A DNA stretch of 64,000 bases, taken from assembly GCF_001194135.2 (NCBI RefSeq), contig NC_069002.1, forward strand, positions 30,710,546-30,774,545. Direction: 5' to 3'. Source of the stretch: Octopus bimaculoides (lineage: Eukaryota). Position numbers and translations under genes: made by a program. Each line of letters begins with the position of its first letter. Position 1 is the stretch's first letter. Shown one piece after another: positions 1 to 12,255 of the stretch. The notes beneath the pieces were generated by a model. The model did not search any database. It saw nothing but the letters and a program-made list of their open reading frames with translations, and was not told the origin of the DNA.

Positions 1-299
1 GTGTTTATTGAGCGAAAACACCTAAACGCTCCACGAGGCTCCGGCAGGGGATGGTGGCGAACCCTGCTGTACTCTTCCACCACAACTTTCTCTTACTTCC
101 TGTTTCTGTTGTGCCTGTAATTCAAAGGGTCAGCCTTGTCACACTCGGTGTCACGCTGAATATCCCCGAGAACTGCGTTAAGGGTACACGTGTCTGTGGA
201 GTGCTCAGCCACTTGTACGTTAATTTCACGAGCAGGCTGTTCCGTTGATCGGATCAACTGGAATCATCGACGTCGTAAGCGACGGAGTGCCAACAACAA
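1..299 (+). mobile_element. SINE family A copy (5' end cut by window edge), (CAA)n tail
   Basis: Near-identical to 40792-41153 and 48371-48803. Confidence 0.85.
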
Positions 300-2321
300 G
301 TCCTGACTTGGTAGACCTGTAATCTTTCAGATGTGACATTTTTCTGCTTTATTTAACCTTAAAGCATTCAGATTAGTCTGTCAAAATTAAATAATTATTT
401 ATTCACGTTGTTTTGAATTAACCATTATCTTGTAGCTTTGAAATTTCGATGTTGTGATTGCCTCTTTGTAGAACGACATTGTAGGGTGAGTGTAAGAGGC
501 TGGATCTGGCTGGTTTGAATGAAAAGCAATTAAATATTTAGACTTGATATGGCTGGTTTAACCCTTTAACTTAATCATGCATCATCTCGTACCTTTGAGA
601 TTTCAATGACGTGATTATTTGTAGAATGACATTGTAGAGTAAGTGTGAGAGGCTGGATCTGGCCAGTTTTCATATTAAACAGATAGAATATCTGGGCTGG
701 ATATGTCTAGTTTTACCCTTTAGCATTCAGATTCCTCTGTCAAATATAATGCTTATTTATTCACATTGTTTTGAACTGATAGAATATTTAGAATATTTAG
801 TCCTGGGGTTGATTTGTGTGACTAAAACCTTTCAAAGCAGTTCCCCAGCATGGCCACAGTCAAATGACTGAAACAAGTAAAAGAATATAAGATTTAACTT
901 TCCTGTGCTCACATGGGTCAAATGAAATTTGCCAAGGCAGATGTTTCTCTGGCTGGGTGNNNNNNNNNNTAAGATTTAACTTTCCTGTGCTCACATGGGT
1001 CAAATGAAATTTGCCAAGGCAGATGTTTCTCTGGCTGGGTGCTCTTTCTGTCACCAACCCTCACTGGTATGAAAACAAAGCTCATTTACATCATCACGTG
1101 ATGTGAAGACAAAGCTACATACACACGCATGTCATCAACATTCAATGTCCACTTTTTCATGTCTGCATGGATCAGATACAGCTTATTTGAGGCAGATTTT
1201 CTACAGGTAGAATATTTAGATATGGCTAGTTTAAATGCTAAAGGGTGAAGACATTAAACCACAATATATATTCCAGCTAATAGCTAAGATATATTCTAGC
1301 TAGAATATTTATATATTGTAGCTTGTAGCCAAGAGTAACAACACCAGTTTCTCTCATTTTTTGCCATTCTTCTTGGCATATGTTCCTCTCCTGTCTACTT
1401 GGACAAAGGTCAACTGACCATTATGTTGGATTCTTTATTCCTTCTCACAACAATGGAACTCTTTAAGAATCTCTTCAGTGGATTATCATTGCTGCTATTG
1501 AACATCTCTTTTCCCACGTTCTGGATTTTACCATTTTATGTGTGTGTATGTATGTATGTATGTATGTATGTATGTATGTGTCTGTGTGTGTGTATTTTTG
1601 AACACAAGTGTGTGTGTGTATTTCTTTTATACATGTTTGTATGTGTATTTGTTTATATCTGTTTGTGTCTGTCTGATTGTGTGTTTTTATTTGTTTGTGT
1701 ATGTTTATATGCTTGTGATTTCTATGTATGTCTGTGTGTTTGTCTATATGTGTTTGTGTGTGTAACAACAGAGCTATTCATTCAAATTTTCTCAACCAAT
1801 CAATCGACCAATTGAGTAAACCTGTCAGTAACGAACCTATAATGATAACTGGAAACAGCTGTAAGCCAAATTTACTGCACGAATAAATATGCAATGACCA
1901 TTATTTATACCTTGTCATATAATATATGTCAATGTATGTATGTATTTGTGTCTGCAAGTGTGTTTCTGTCTGTGTATGTATATGTATTGCTTATTTGTGG
2001 GCCAGCTAGAGTAAAAAAGTAAAAAAATAAGTGCTCAATACATTATAAATGTAGAGTCAACATCTTTTCTTAGAAAAAAGCACATGCACAATATATATAT
2101 TTGTTTTGCAAGATTCTTGATGTGAAATCGTGTGTTGAAACAGATATTATTGTATTTGGGGATGGTCATGTTGCCAGTTTAGCCAATAAAATAGTGCATG
2201 TGTTTTTATTGGCTAAACNNNNNNNNNNATATATATATGAAAGAGAGGTTAAAGTGAAGGTAACGTTGAGATGATTTGAAAGAGATAAATATAATTTCAC
2301 TGATAAAAATTTCATTTCCAG

Positions 2322-2423
2322 GCTATCAGGAGCTGGCTTCCAGTATCACGACAGAAACTTTCTGTCATGAAAGTTCCATCGACAGATAAGGCTGCACTAA
2401 GGCACCAAATTGAAGAACTTAAG
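2322..2423 (+). CDS. MACF1: Spectraplakin exon 1 (window numbering): [34 protein letters not shown]
   Basis: tttccag| acceptor, |gtaagt donor, 102 nt, phase 0-0, spectrin helix-A WL motif. Confidence 0.85.
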
Positions 2424-3623
2424 GTAAGTAAAATGCTGCAGTGTGTTTAATATACACACACATACAGGGTCGTGGTAGCCATGGTTTACTTATCATTCCA
2501 TCTTTTCAAGCTTCATGTTGCCAGCCAGCAGATGGCTCTGCCATGGGAATCATAAAACAAAGAAATGACAACACTTGCAATTTCCTATATATATATATAT
2601 AATGCGAGAGAGTTAGGGGTTGAGGGTTCAACCCACTAAGGGATAGTATCTATCCAATATACTGCTGGGAGGGTACCCAATTATTGCTACACTAGTGTTA
2701 TACCAAGTGCAATAAATGGGAGCAGGTATTCTGTTCATCCTCTGATTCCTTATGTACTTTGTACTTCTATCTGTAAACCCGGTTGGCAAAATAACATGGT
2801 TTGTCATAAACATCTGTACTTTGTATTTTTTTTGTCACTTTAGCTATGAATTAAGTTAATGAATTCAACGGGATACACTGTCTGCAAGTAGTTGAGTTCA
2901 GCATATTATCCTCCATTTTCTAATTGATATATATTTTTTTTTTTTTTTTTGATTTAATACACATTGCAAAAAGCTACTAATAATTTCATGTTTTTATAGT
3001 ACTTTAACCAGGAATATTCATGAAATGTGACATGTATCTCCAAGCAATCTTTCCTGCTCTGTTTATGTGTCCTTGCTTTTTAAAATATATATATAAATGC
3101 ATAAACAAAGCCTGAAAGATTGCTTGGAGATACATGGCACATTTCATGAATATTCCTGCTTAAAGGTTTTATAAAAACACAAAAATATTAGTAGCTCTTC
3201 TGGTTGTATATCAATTCGATATTTATTTTTCACTAGATGGGAAACCATTGTTTGCTGATATTACCTGTTTTGGATCCATCCATCCATATATATATATATA
3301 TACACACATACACACACACACAACACAATGTATGCGATTTAGTTCACAGGTGATCTAAACAATTGGGTACGCTAGGTAAATGTTGTAACAGATTACTGGG
3401 GCTCCATGGTTATAACTGGTTATGGTAGTTACAGAGCCATTGCAGATTATTTCCAATGCAGCCGATATATGATTGTTAAACAGGGCATCAAACATTAAGG
3501 CAAGGCAAACCTCAAGTCATATACAATATTATCTTGTAATAATATTGTATATGACTTGAGAGGTTTGCCTCGCCTTAATTTTTGATGTCCTGTTTAACTA
3601 TTATATCTATCTATCTATCTCTA

Positions 3624-3702
<79 letters not shown>

Positions 3703-5745
3703 ACTAATAGAGTAATATATATATATGCATGCTTATATGTTGATATTTTCTAGAAGTTTCTGGCAATTTATTCTTTCAGCTGTTCAAGATGCAGACGCAC
3801 CCCCATGTAGCTGATGTGGATACCCTCAATCAACACATGACTGCACTGAATGACCTTTCACCTGTGGCAGCAGAATACCTCATGAAGCCTGTCAGTGACA
3901 TTAATGAACAATGGAACGATCTAATTAAAGGAATTGCTGATCGAGAGGTGGGTAACTGTATCCTTATTGTTTATAAATGCACTGATTAATTAATTCCACT
4001 ATCCAAGAATTTGAGAGTTCATTAACCCATTGAGTTTCAGGGTGGAACCGTTGGAAACTTTAACATTTAGTGTATCTTGAGAAAGTCTGTGTAGTGGAGT
4101 TCATTCCTCTCCGGCAGCAGAATTTAGACTGAGCACTACAGGATAACAAGACCCTCGTGTCAGTTTTACTGTATTGCCATGGTGTGGATCCACAAGTTGT
4201 TCCTACTCTGTAATTCTATTAAAGCATGGACTTTATCATTAAGTCTGACATGTAAGAATGAAGTTATCTGGTTAATTTAGAAGTTTGCTCTTATTGACAA
4301 GAAGCGGAGAGAACACAGGTTGAGAAGATTCTTTAATCCTGCCAAGATGCAAGACAACCTCTTCAAAGCTGGTGCCATGATAAAATGGATCCAATAAGCT
4401 CTGTAAAGTGGTTGGTGATGGGAAAGGGATTCATCTGTCAAAATGAAACGTAATGCATTTTTATGTACCCGTTATTGTAATTCCATTTGCATGAAATTTT
4501 CTTTTAAGAATTAGTTGCTTCAATTTTATTATTTTATTGCTGTGATTAATATAGAATTTTATTTTTTTATTCTTTGAACTAATTTCCAACCAGAACTGCC
4601 CTTCCTTCACACAAACTCTGTTCCATTCCTTTTCAAAATTGTTCACCACAAAACTCCCCATCTCCTCCCTCAACCCCACCAAACATTCAGTGATGTTAAT
4701 TTGTTTCTGTTTACTTTCTTTCCTTCATTAACCATCGTTATCTACCTTTTATTTTTTAATTGCCAACTCTGGAAAATTTCTTCAGGAAGAACAGGTAACT
4801 GTGATCGGCACCAACAACTGCCTAAACAGCAGTTATCTGTTGTATACACTCACTTTATTCTTCTACACCATTTCACTTTAGAATAATTACAAATTCTAGC
4901 AAAAAAAAAAGAAGTTTGGAAAATCTTTTTTTTTTTGTTTCTAGAAATGTCTTTGATCCATAGAATTATAAATAGCTTAGCTTCTTATATGGCCCAAACC
5001 TCTCAGATCTGTCAGTTTTCACCCCTTCATTTCATTTTATTCATTCCCCAAACATTGCAGCAATTCTTCATGAAAGAATTTCAATCTTAGTTGTCGGCAT
5101 TATAATTCTTGTGTGTGTGTGACAGAGAGAGAGAGACATTTTAATGATGATCACCTCCACCAATAAAGTTCTCACCATCTATTTGCTGTCCGATTGACAT
5201 TCTGTCATCACCCAGTCATTGTTTTGCTTAATTATTACTCCTGGCATGCCAGACAAATTGCTTGGTAGTGTTTTGTCAGTCCTTAGGTTCTGAGCTCAAT
5301 TTCCACCAAAGTTGATTTTACCTTCTGCCCTTTTGGAGTTAATAAAATAGGCACCAGTTGAGCACTGGGGTCAGTGCAATGCATTTTCGCCTCCCTTCAA
5401 AATTTCTGGCCTTGTGCCAAACTTTCAAGCTATTAATACTTCCGGCTATTATGTACTGAGTTCAAATCTCACCATGGTCAGCTTTACGTTTCATCCTTTC
5501 AAGGTCGATAAAATAAAGTTCCAGTCAAGTACAGGTACCAATATAATCAACAAAATCATCTCCCTTCAAAGTTGCCGACTTTGTGCCTACGTGAGAAATG
5601 ATTCTCACTTTCTATGGCAGTGAATTGGGAGAGTTAGTAGACCATTCATCAAACTAGAAATCAACATTTTGTACATTCTTGTTCCGTGTCAACTCATTAA
5701 TTTGGTACATTTCTCAAAAGATTCATGATATATAACACACTCTCT

Positions 5746-5783
<38 letters not shown>

Positions 5784-5934
5784 CACACACACATTTTATT
5801 TATTTCATGCTCACACAGCAATATATATGCTTTGTCAATGTTGCTAGACACACACACACACACACACGGTGCTGTATATGCATAAATATTTTTCTGTATC
5901 TGTGTGTATGAGCACCCATTCATGCTCACATTGG

Positions 5935-6012
<78 letters not shown>

Positions 6013-6241
6013 CATACATATATACGTACATATATATGTATATATATATATATAAGTTTATAAAAGAATTTTATAAACTTTTAAGAGTATGAAATAATTC
6101 ATTTTTGGAAGAGTGGATCTTGAAGTACACACAAAGCTATAAATGATAGCATGTAGATATTTATTATTTATTTTTCAGTCCAATACCTACATGCTATTAT
6201 CTGTAACTTTAAGTATGCTTTGAGGTACGCTAATTCAGTAC

Positions 6242-6288
<47 letters not shown>

Positions 6289-9200
6289 AGACCTTTGGAA
6301 ATGTGCTGTGCGTGAGAAGACCCGGCAAGCCAAGTAAGATCGTTTCCAGTGTCCCTGGACTGGCTCTTGTGCGGGTGGCACATGAGATGCACCATTTTGA
6401 GCGTGGCCGTTGCCAGTACCGCCTGACTGGCTCCCGTAGGATTTTCGAGTGAGATCGTTGCCAGTGCCCCTGGACTGACCTGTGCGGGTGGCACATAAAA
6501 GACACCATTTCGAGCGTGGCCGTTTTCGTGCGGGTGACACGTAAAAGCACCCACTACACTCTCTGAGTGGTTGGCGTTAGGAAGGGCATCCAGCTGTAGA
6601 AACTCTGCCAAATTAGATTGGAGCCTGGTGTTGCCATCCGGTTTCACCAGTCCTCAGTCAAATCGTCCAACCCATGCTAGCATGGAAAGCGGACGTTAAA
6701 CGATGATGATGATATATATATATATATATATATATTAATGTATGTATGTATGTATAAACTTATGTATAGACACCCAATTCATTTATACACACTGCTGAGT
6801 GCATTGTCTGAAAATTTTGTTGTATTTGTAATTGTTGAACGTTACAAAGGAAATTCGTTAATGATAATGACCATAACCTTTGGCAATATATTGTGCTTGA
6901 AAAGACCTGTCGAGCCAAGTGAGATCGTAGTCGTGGCCGATGCTGGTGTTTCGTAACTGGCATGTAAAAAGCACCCACTACACTCTTGGAGTGGTTGGTA
7001 TTAGGAAGCGCATCCAGCTGTAGAAACCTTGCCAGATCAGATTGGAACCTGGTACAGCTCCCTGTCTTACCAGTTTTCAGTTAAACTGCCCAACCCATGC
7101 CAGCGTGGAAAATAGACATTAAATGATGATGATGATGATGATGATGATGATAGCTATCGGTATTTTTACAGCATGGAGCTTTGCTATAGTCAGCGAAATG
7201 AGTGATGGAGAAGAATTTAGGAGTCATTATGAGGAAAGCTGCACCAAAGATATAGTTACATACTTAATATTCATTTTTACTCTGTAATAGTGAATCTGGA
7301 AGTGTGTGTGTGTGTATATATATATAGCTCCCATGTAATGGTTGATATCTGCATACTGCAATAGTGAACTAGCAGTAAGTATACATAGCTAGTTGGTACA
7401 CACACTTTAACATTGTATATACTTCGCTTATGTGTGTGTATACACGCTCTGACAATGAAGCTAACAGCATGAATATCAAATCCATTTTGTTCAAAGTCTA
7501 AATTTCAAACAAAAATAAATTTTCATTGAAATATTAATTTTCAATAAACACATGAACTTTGATGTGAAGAACTTGAGTGTGCAATTAATCAAAGGATTTT
7601 TATTATTTTTCAGTCCAATTTGAATGAGACCCAAGTAAAAGTCGGAGAAATTGATAATGCCATTGAGAATGTGCTGGGAAGTTTGACTGGCATAAAGACT
7701 GACATTGATAGCTTGGATGAGGTGATCGGTGACTCCAAGTGTATTGAAACACAGCTGAAAAAGCTTCAGGTATGGATTATTGTTTTTGAATTTACATTGA
7801 ATAATAGTTGCCTGTTTGTGTTCCATCTTTGAGTCTCGGTATGACTGAGCTGCAGCAGGTATGGTTAAGATGCTTGCTTCCTAACTACGTGGTTTCAAGT
7901 TCAGTCCCACTGGGTGGCACCTTGGATGAGTGACTTCTACTAAAGCTCTAGGCCACCCAGCTTGTGAGTGGATTCGGTAGATGGAAACTGAAAGAAGCCG
8001 GTCATACATATATGCATACAGATAGTTGCACCCATATCAGTGACAAGCTGTAAAAGGGAGAGTAAGTCAGCCCTTCTGTCTGTAGACTGGGGCAGATGCT
8101 AGAAACCGTTTAGCCTTCTGTGCCAGAGATTTGGTGGAGACGTTGGCAGTAGGACGTTGGATAACCGACAAGGTGGAGGAGTCTTTGATCGATGCCTTGA
8201 AGGTTTATTGCTGCCAAGTGGAAGATCTATATCATCAGACAATGATCGGGTATCAATCTGCCAATGAGCTGCTATTGTGGGGCAGTCTCACTATCAACCA
8301 TGCTTGCTATACTCTTGTACACCATTTGGTACCTGGTGTGAAGGTGGTAATGGTGGGGGTGCTGCCAACTGCCTTACTCACTGATCAAAGTTCAGTGAGT
8401 AAGGCAGTTAGTGACACTCTCACCTCCATACTTTAACTTATCATTAAAGAAGGAAAACTGTAGCAGAGACTGAATTCGAAAATGGTAAAATATATACATC
8501 TTATGATCCACTTCAGTCTAACAACGTCTTTCTTGAAAAATATGAGTGACAATTGTTTCTAGATTTAGTATGGTGCCACGTAAGTAACGTCCAGTATGTT
8601 CTAAAGAAGGTTGGTGTTAATAAAAGCATCTGGTTGTAGAAACCATACCAGACAATTGGAGCCCGGTGCAGCTCTCTGGCTGGTCAGCTCCTGTCAAACT
8701 GTCCAACCCATGCCAGCATGGAAAACGGACGCTAATTGATGCTGACGATGAGATTAATTAAAGTCTTAAGAATAGTTATTTGGCTAAGATTGACAAACAT
8801 AGATGTTTTCCTTCAAAAATTATACTCAGATTGTAGAACCAACACAGATGGATTTAATACCGTGCTGTACATAGTTATTTCCCGTTATGTTCAATTTATA
8901 CTTAGTTATCTCCCATGATATTAAAGTCGCAGGACCCGTGGAAATTCCATGGCATAAAAGCCACCAATTTGAAAACATTATGTCAGTATATTAAACACAA
9001 GGAGCTTCGAAAAATTCTTTTGATATATTCTGCCATTTAATAAGGTATTGCTTATTTGCATCCTTGTAATACGTGCTTTATAGTTTAAGGAAATAAAAGA
9101 TGAATTAAAAAGATAAAAACATTCATATATATTGATTATGAATAAAATCAATGTTAATTTTTTGTTAAATGTCTGTCCCTTTCTAGGCTCAATTTTTGTC

Positions 9201-9786
9201 CCCCATTTTTTTTCTGGGATTGGTAAAATAAAAGTAATTATCAGATATCAATGTAGCATTACTTGTCTGTACTTATTTCCTGACGCCTAATCTGTGGTTT
9301 GATATCTATGTTTGGAATAGTTTATTTATTTTTCTGATATTCAATAATTCCAGCTGATCCAAGATGATGTAAAGAACCAAAGCTTAACGACTTCCAAGTT
9401 AAAGAATGCTGTTGATAATTTGATCTCAAGATCTGGTGATGCTGATTCTCCTCTTCAACGGAAGACAAATGAGGTTTCTAAATTGTTAAGAGAAGTTGAA
9501 ATCAAAACTAAAGATCAAGAAAACAAGCTTCAAGAAACTCTTCGTTATGTAAGTAATTATTATTATCATTATTAAAGTGGCAAGCTGGTAGAATTGTTAA
9601 CACGCAGGCGAAATGCTTAGCAATATTTTGTTTGTTGCTATGTTCTGAGCTCAAATTCCGCTGAGGTCAACTTTGCCTTTCATCCTTTTTTGATCGATTA
9701 AATAAATACCAGTTACACACTGGGGTTGATGTAATCAACTTAAACCCTTCCCCAAAATTTGAGGCCTTGTGCTTCCAATAGAAAGG

Positions 9787-9828
<42 letters not shown>

Positions 9829-10345
9829 TAGTTTTATTTTTATAACGTGCTTTCACTTCACTACCGAGCGCAGCTCTGTGCGCCTTGGGTATGTGCTGTG
9901 GTTTGCTGTGGTGCTCTTATGTTTACTGTATTGAAAGTGTTTTGCGTAGAATGTGTGCAGTACCCAGTAGTGCAATTTTCTGTATGTTATATATATTTGT
10001 AAGTCCTGGTATTTTTGTTATGTATTTGTCTGAATATTTTTTTATTATACCTAAGGCACCTACTATGATAGGAATTGTTTCTGTTTTTAGATTCCACATT
10101 CGAGTTATCTCTATTTCCAGGTCTTTGTATTTTGAAAGTTTTTCCATTTCTTTTAGGGAAACGTTGTCATCTGCTGGTATTGATACATCAATTAGAAAGC
10201 ATTTTTTTTCTTCATGATCTTTGACAACTATATCTGGTCTATTTGCCTTAATTTCTCTATCTGTGTGTATTGGCATATCCCAGAGTATGGTTGCTTTCTC
10301 GTTTTCTGTGACCTTTTCTGGCGTGTGTTTATACTATCTTTTTTC

Positions 10346-10378
<33 letters not shown>

Positions 10379-12222
10379 GGTAGTGAGCTGGCAGAATCGT
10401 TAGCATGCTGGGCGAAATGTTTAGCAGTATTTTGTCTGTCACTACATTCTGAGTTCAAATTCCACCGAGGTTGACTTTGCCCTTCATCCTTTCAGTGTCA
10501 ATAAAATAAATTCAACTTACGATGAAAGTAAACAAACAAACTTTGTTTTAGAAGCATTGAGATGTATTGAAAGATACAGAAATAAATTTTTTTATTGTCA
10601 AACACATGATAATGCTAATAAATATCGTGATCAGGATGAATTATCCATACATAGCAGAAAAATATGTTACCAGCCAGCCATGAGACTCGAACTCACATCC
10701 CTGTGATTACGTGTCAAGTGCTTTACCATTGTACCATTTGCATACTGGGGTCACTCCAATTGACTGGCACCCTCACCCCAAAATTTCAGGCTGTGTTCCC
10801 ATAGTAGAAAGGATTATTATTATTATTAGTATTATGGCAGTGAGTTGGTAGAATCGTTTTTATGCCGGACGAAACATGTACCCAGAAGAAATGCTTAGCA
10901 GCATTTCTTCTGGGTACATGTTCCGAGTAAGGTCAACTTTGCCTTTCACCCTTTCATGGTCAATAAAATAAGTACCAGTTGAGTACTAGGGCCAATGTAA
11001 TAGACTAGTCTATTACAGTGAGAAATTGTCCCCTCCTGCAAAATTTCAGGCCTTGTGGTTATAGTGGAAACGATTATTTTATTATTATTATTATTATGAA
11101 GCCTGTTTTCAGCTGAGTCCAAGATACTCTCTGTTAACATTCAGTTGAGTTGAAAACACTCTGCTAAAGGTAAAAATACTTTAGATACTAACAGTTATTG
11201 GTACTCGTGAAAGCACAGGTGAAATCACAGTAGGTGGTGGTGGGGGCGGGCGACAGGGTGCAAAGGAGATACCTGTAAGATTATTATAATTGTTTTACAG
11301 GTTATTCACTTCAACGTTAGATTTGAAAAAGTTAATTTTTTTTTGTGTTTCGTTTTATATATTTACTTCTATGCCATATTCCAGTCAGTCTGATCACCAG
11401 TTATCAGTTAAGGTTCTGGGCTCACAGTCATAAGGTTGTCGTTTCAATTCCTGCACTGGGCTGCGTCTTGTGTCCTTCTGGAGAGCACCTGATTCCACCT
11501 TGCTGTTGTCTACCCAGCTGAAGATGTGCATGAGCTGACTACTGGCGTGGTTGTCTCTCTTCCTTCTTGTTGTGACATCCTGGATGTCCTGCTGGGTGGA
11601 TGAGCTAAAGTTGGCTGGGCAGGTGTCTATCTGTTTATGACTACACAGGCCCCTAAGAAAATTAGTGTAAGCATGGTATATATACTGTCTCTTCTTACTC
11701 GTTTGCCAAGTTATAACAAAGCCTTATATATATATATAGCAATAAGAAAATGGAGGGGATTAATAGGTGGTGCTCATCAACTTGCAGACATTGTATTATG
11801 TCAATTTACCAGTTTATTTTTCAACTAAGAGGACAATAAAAACAATATACAAACACATATGACATATTGTGTCATATCAGTAATTAAAATTAAAAAGGAC
11901 ATCTAGTGACCGAAACACTAGTGTAATAATAATTGGGTATCCTCCTAGCAGTATATTGGATAGATATTATCCCTTAGTGGGTTGGATTCACAACCCCTAA
12001 CTTTCTTGGAGTATATATATATATATATATACGTATATATATGTATGTATATAGATTTAGATTGCCTATGTTCAGTCTGTCCACTGCAGGATGAAAGCCT
12101 TAGCATATTCTCTACCGAAATCATACTGGTTTGATGAGCTTACCCTGCCACACTGGCACAACATGACTTGGCAGAGGGGTGCAGTCTTTATACTATTACC
12201 CAGGAATATATGTAGTATATAT

Positions 12223-12255
<33 letters not shown>

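Noticed and set aside
1399-1815. YIYIY, CVCVC and HTHTH ORFs throughout the window (also 22495-23016 and 28211-28649)
   Set aside because: They are translations of microsatellites and low-complexity DNA.
6168-6647. Repeated ORFs [11 protein letters not shown]... (also 32310-32675 and 58246-58500) and [11 protein letters not shown]... (51-248 and 48548-48754)
   Set aside because: They are incidental frames in the RTE 3' UTR and SINE-A copies.
8050-8340. Penelope GIY-YIG remnant on the minus strand
   Set aside because: Only faint resemblance (VYK...ET, NSSSLAD) across different frames with stops; not supportable without a profile search.
10672-10740. tRNA-Thr-like sequence on the minus strand, and other tRNA-like heads
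   Set aside because: Acceptor and anticodon stems are broken, and a related copy lies near 16560-16625; these are SINE heads or pseudogenes, not tRNA genes.
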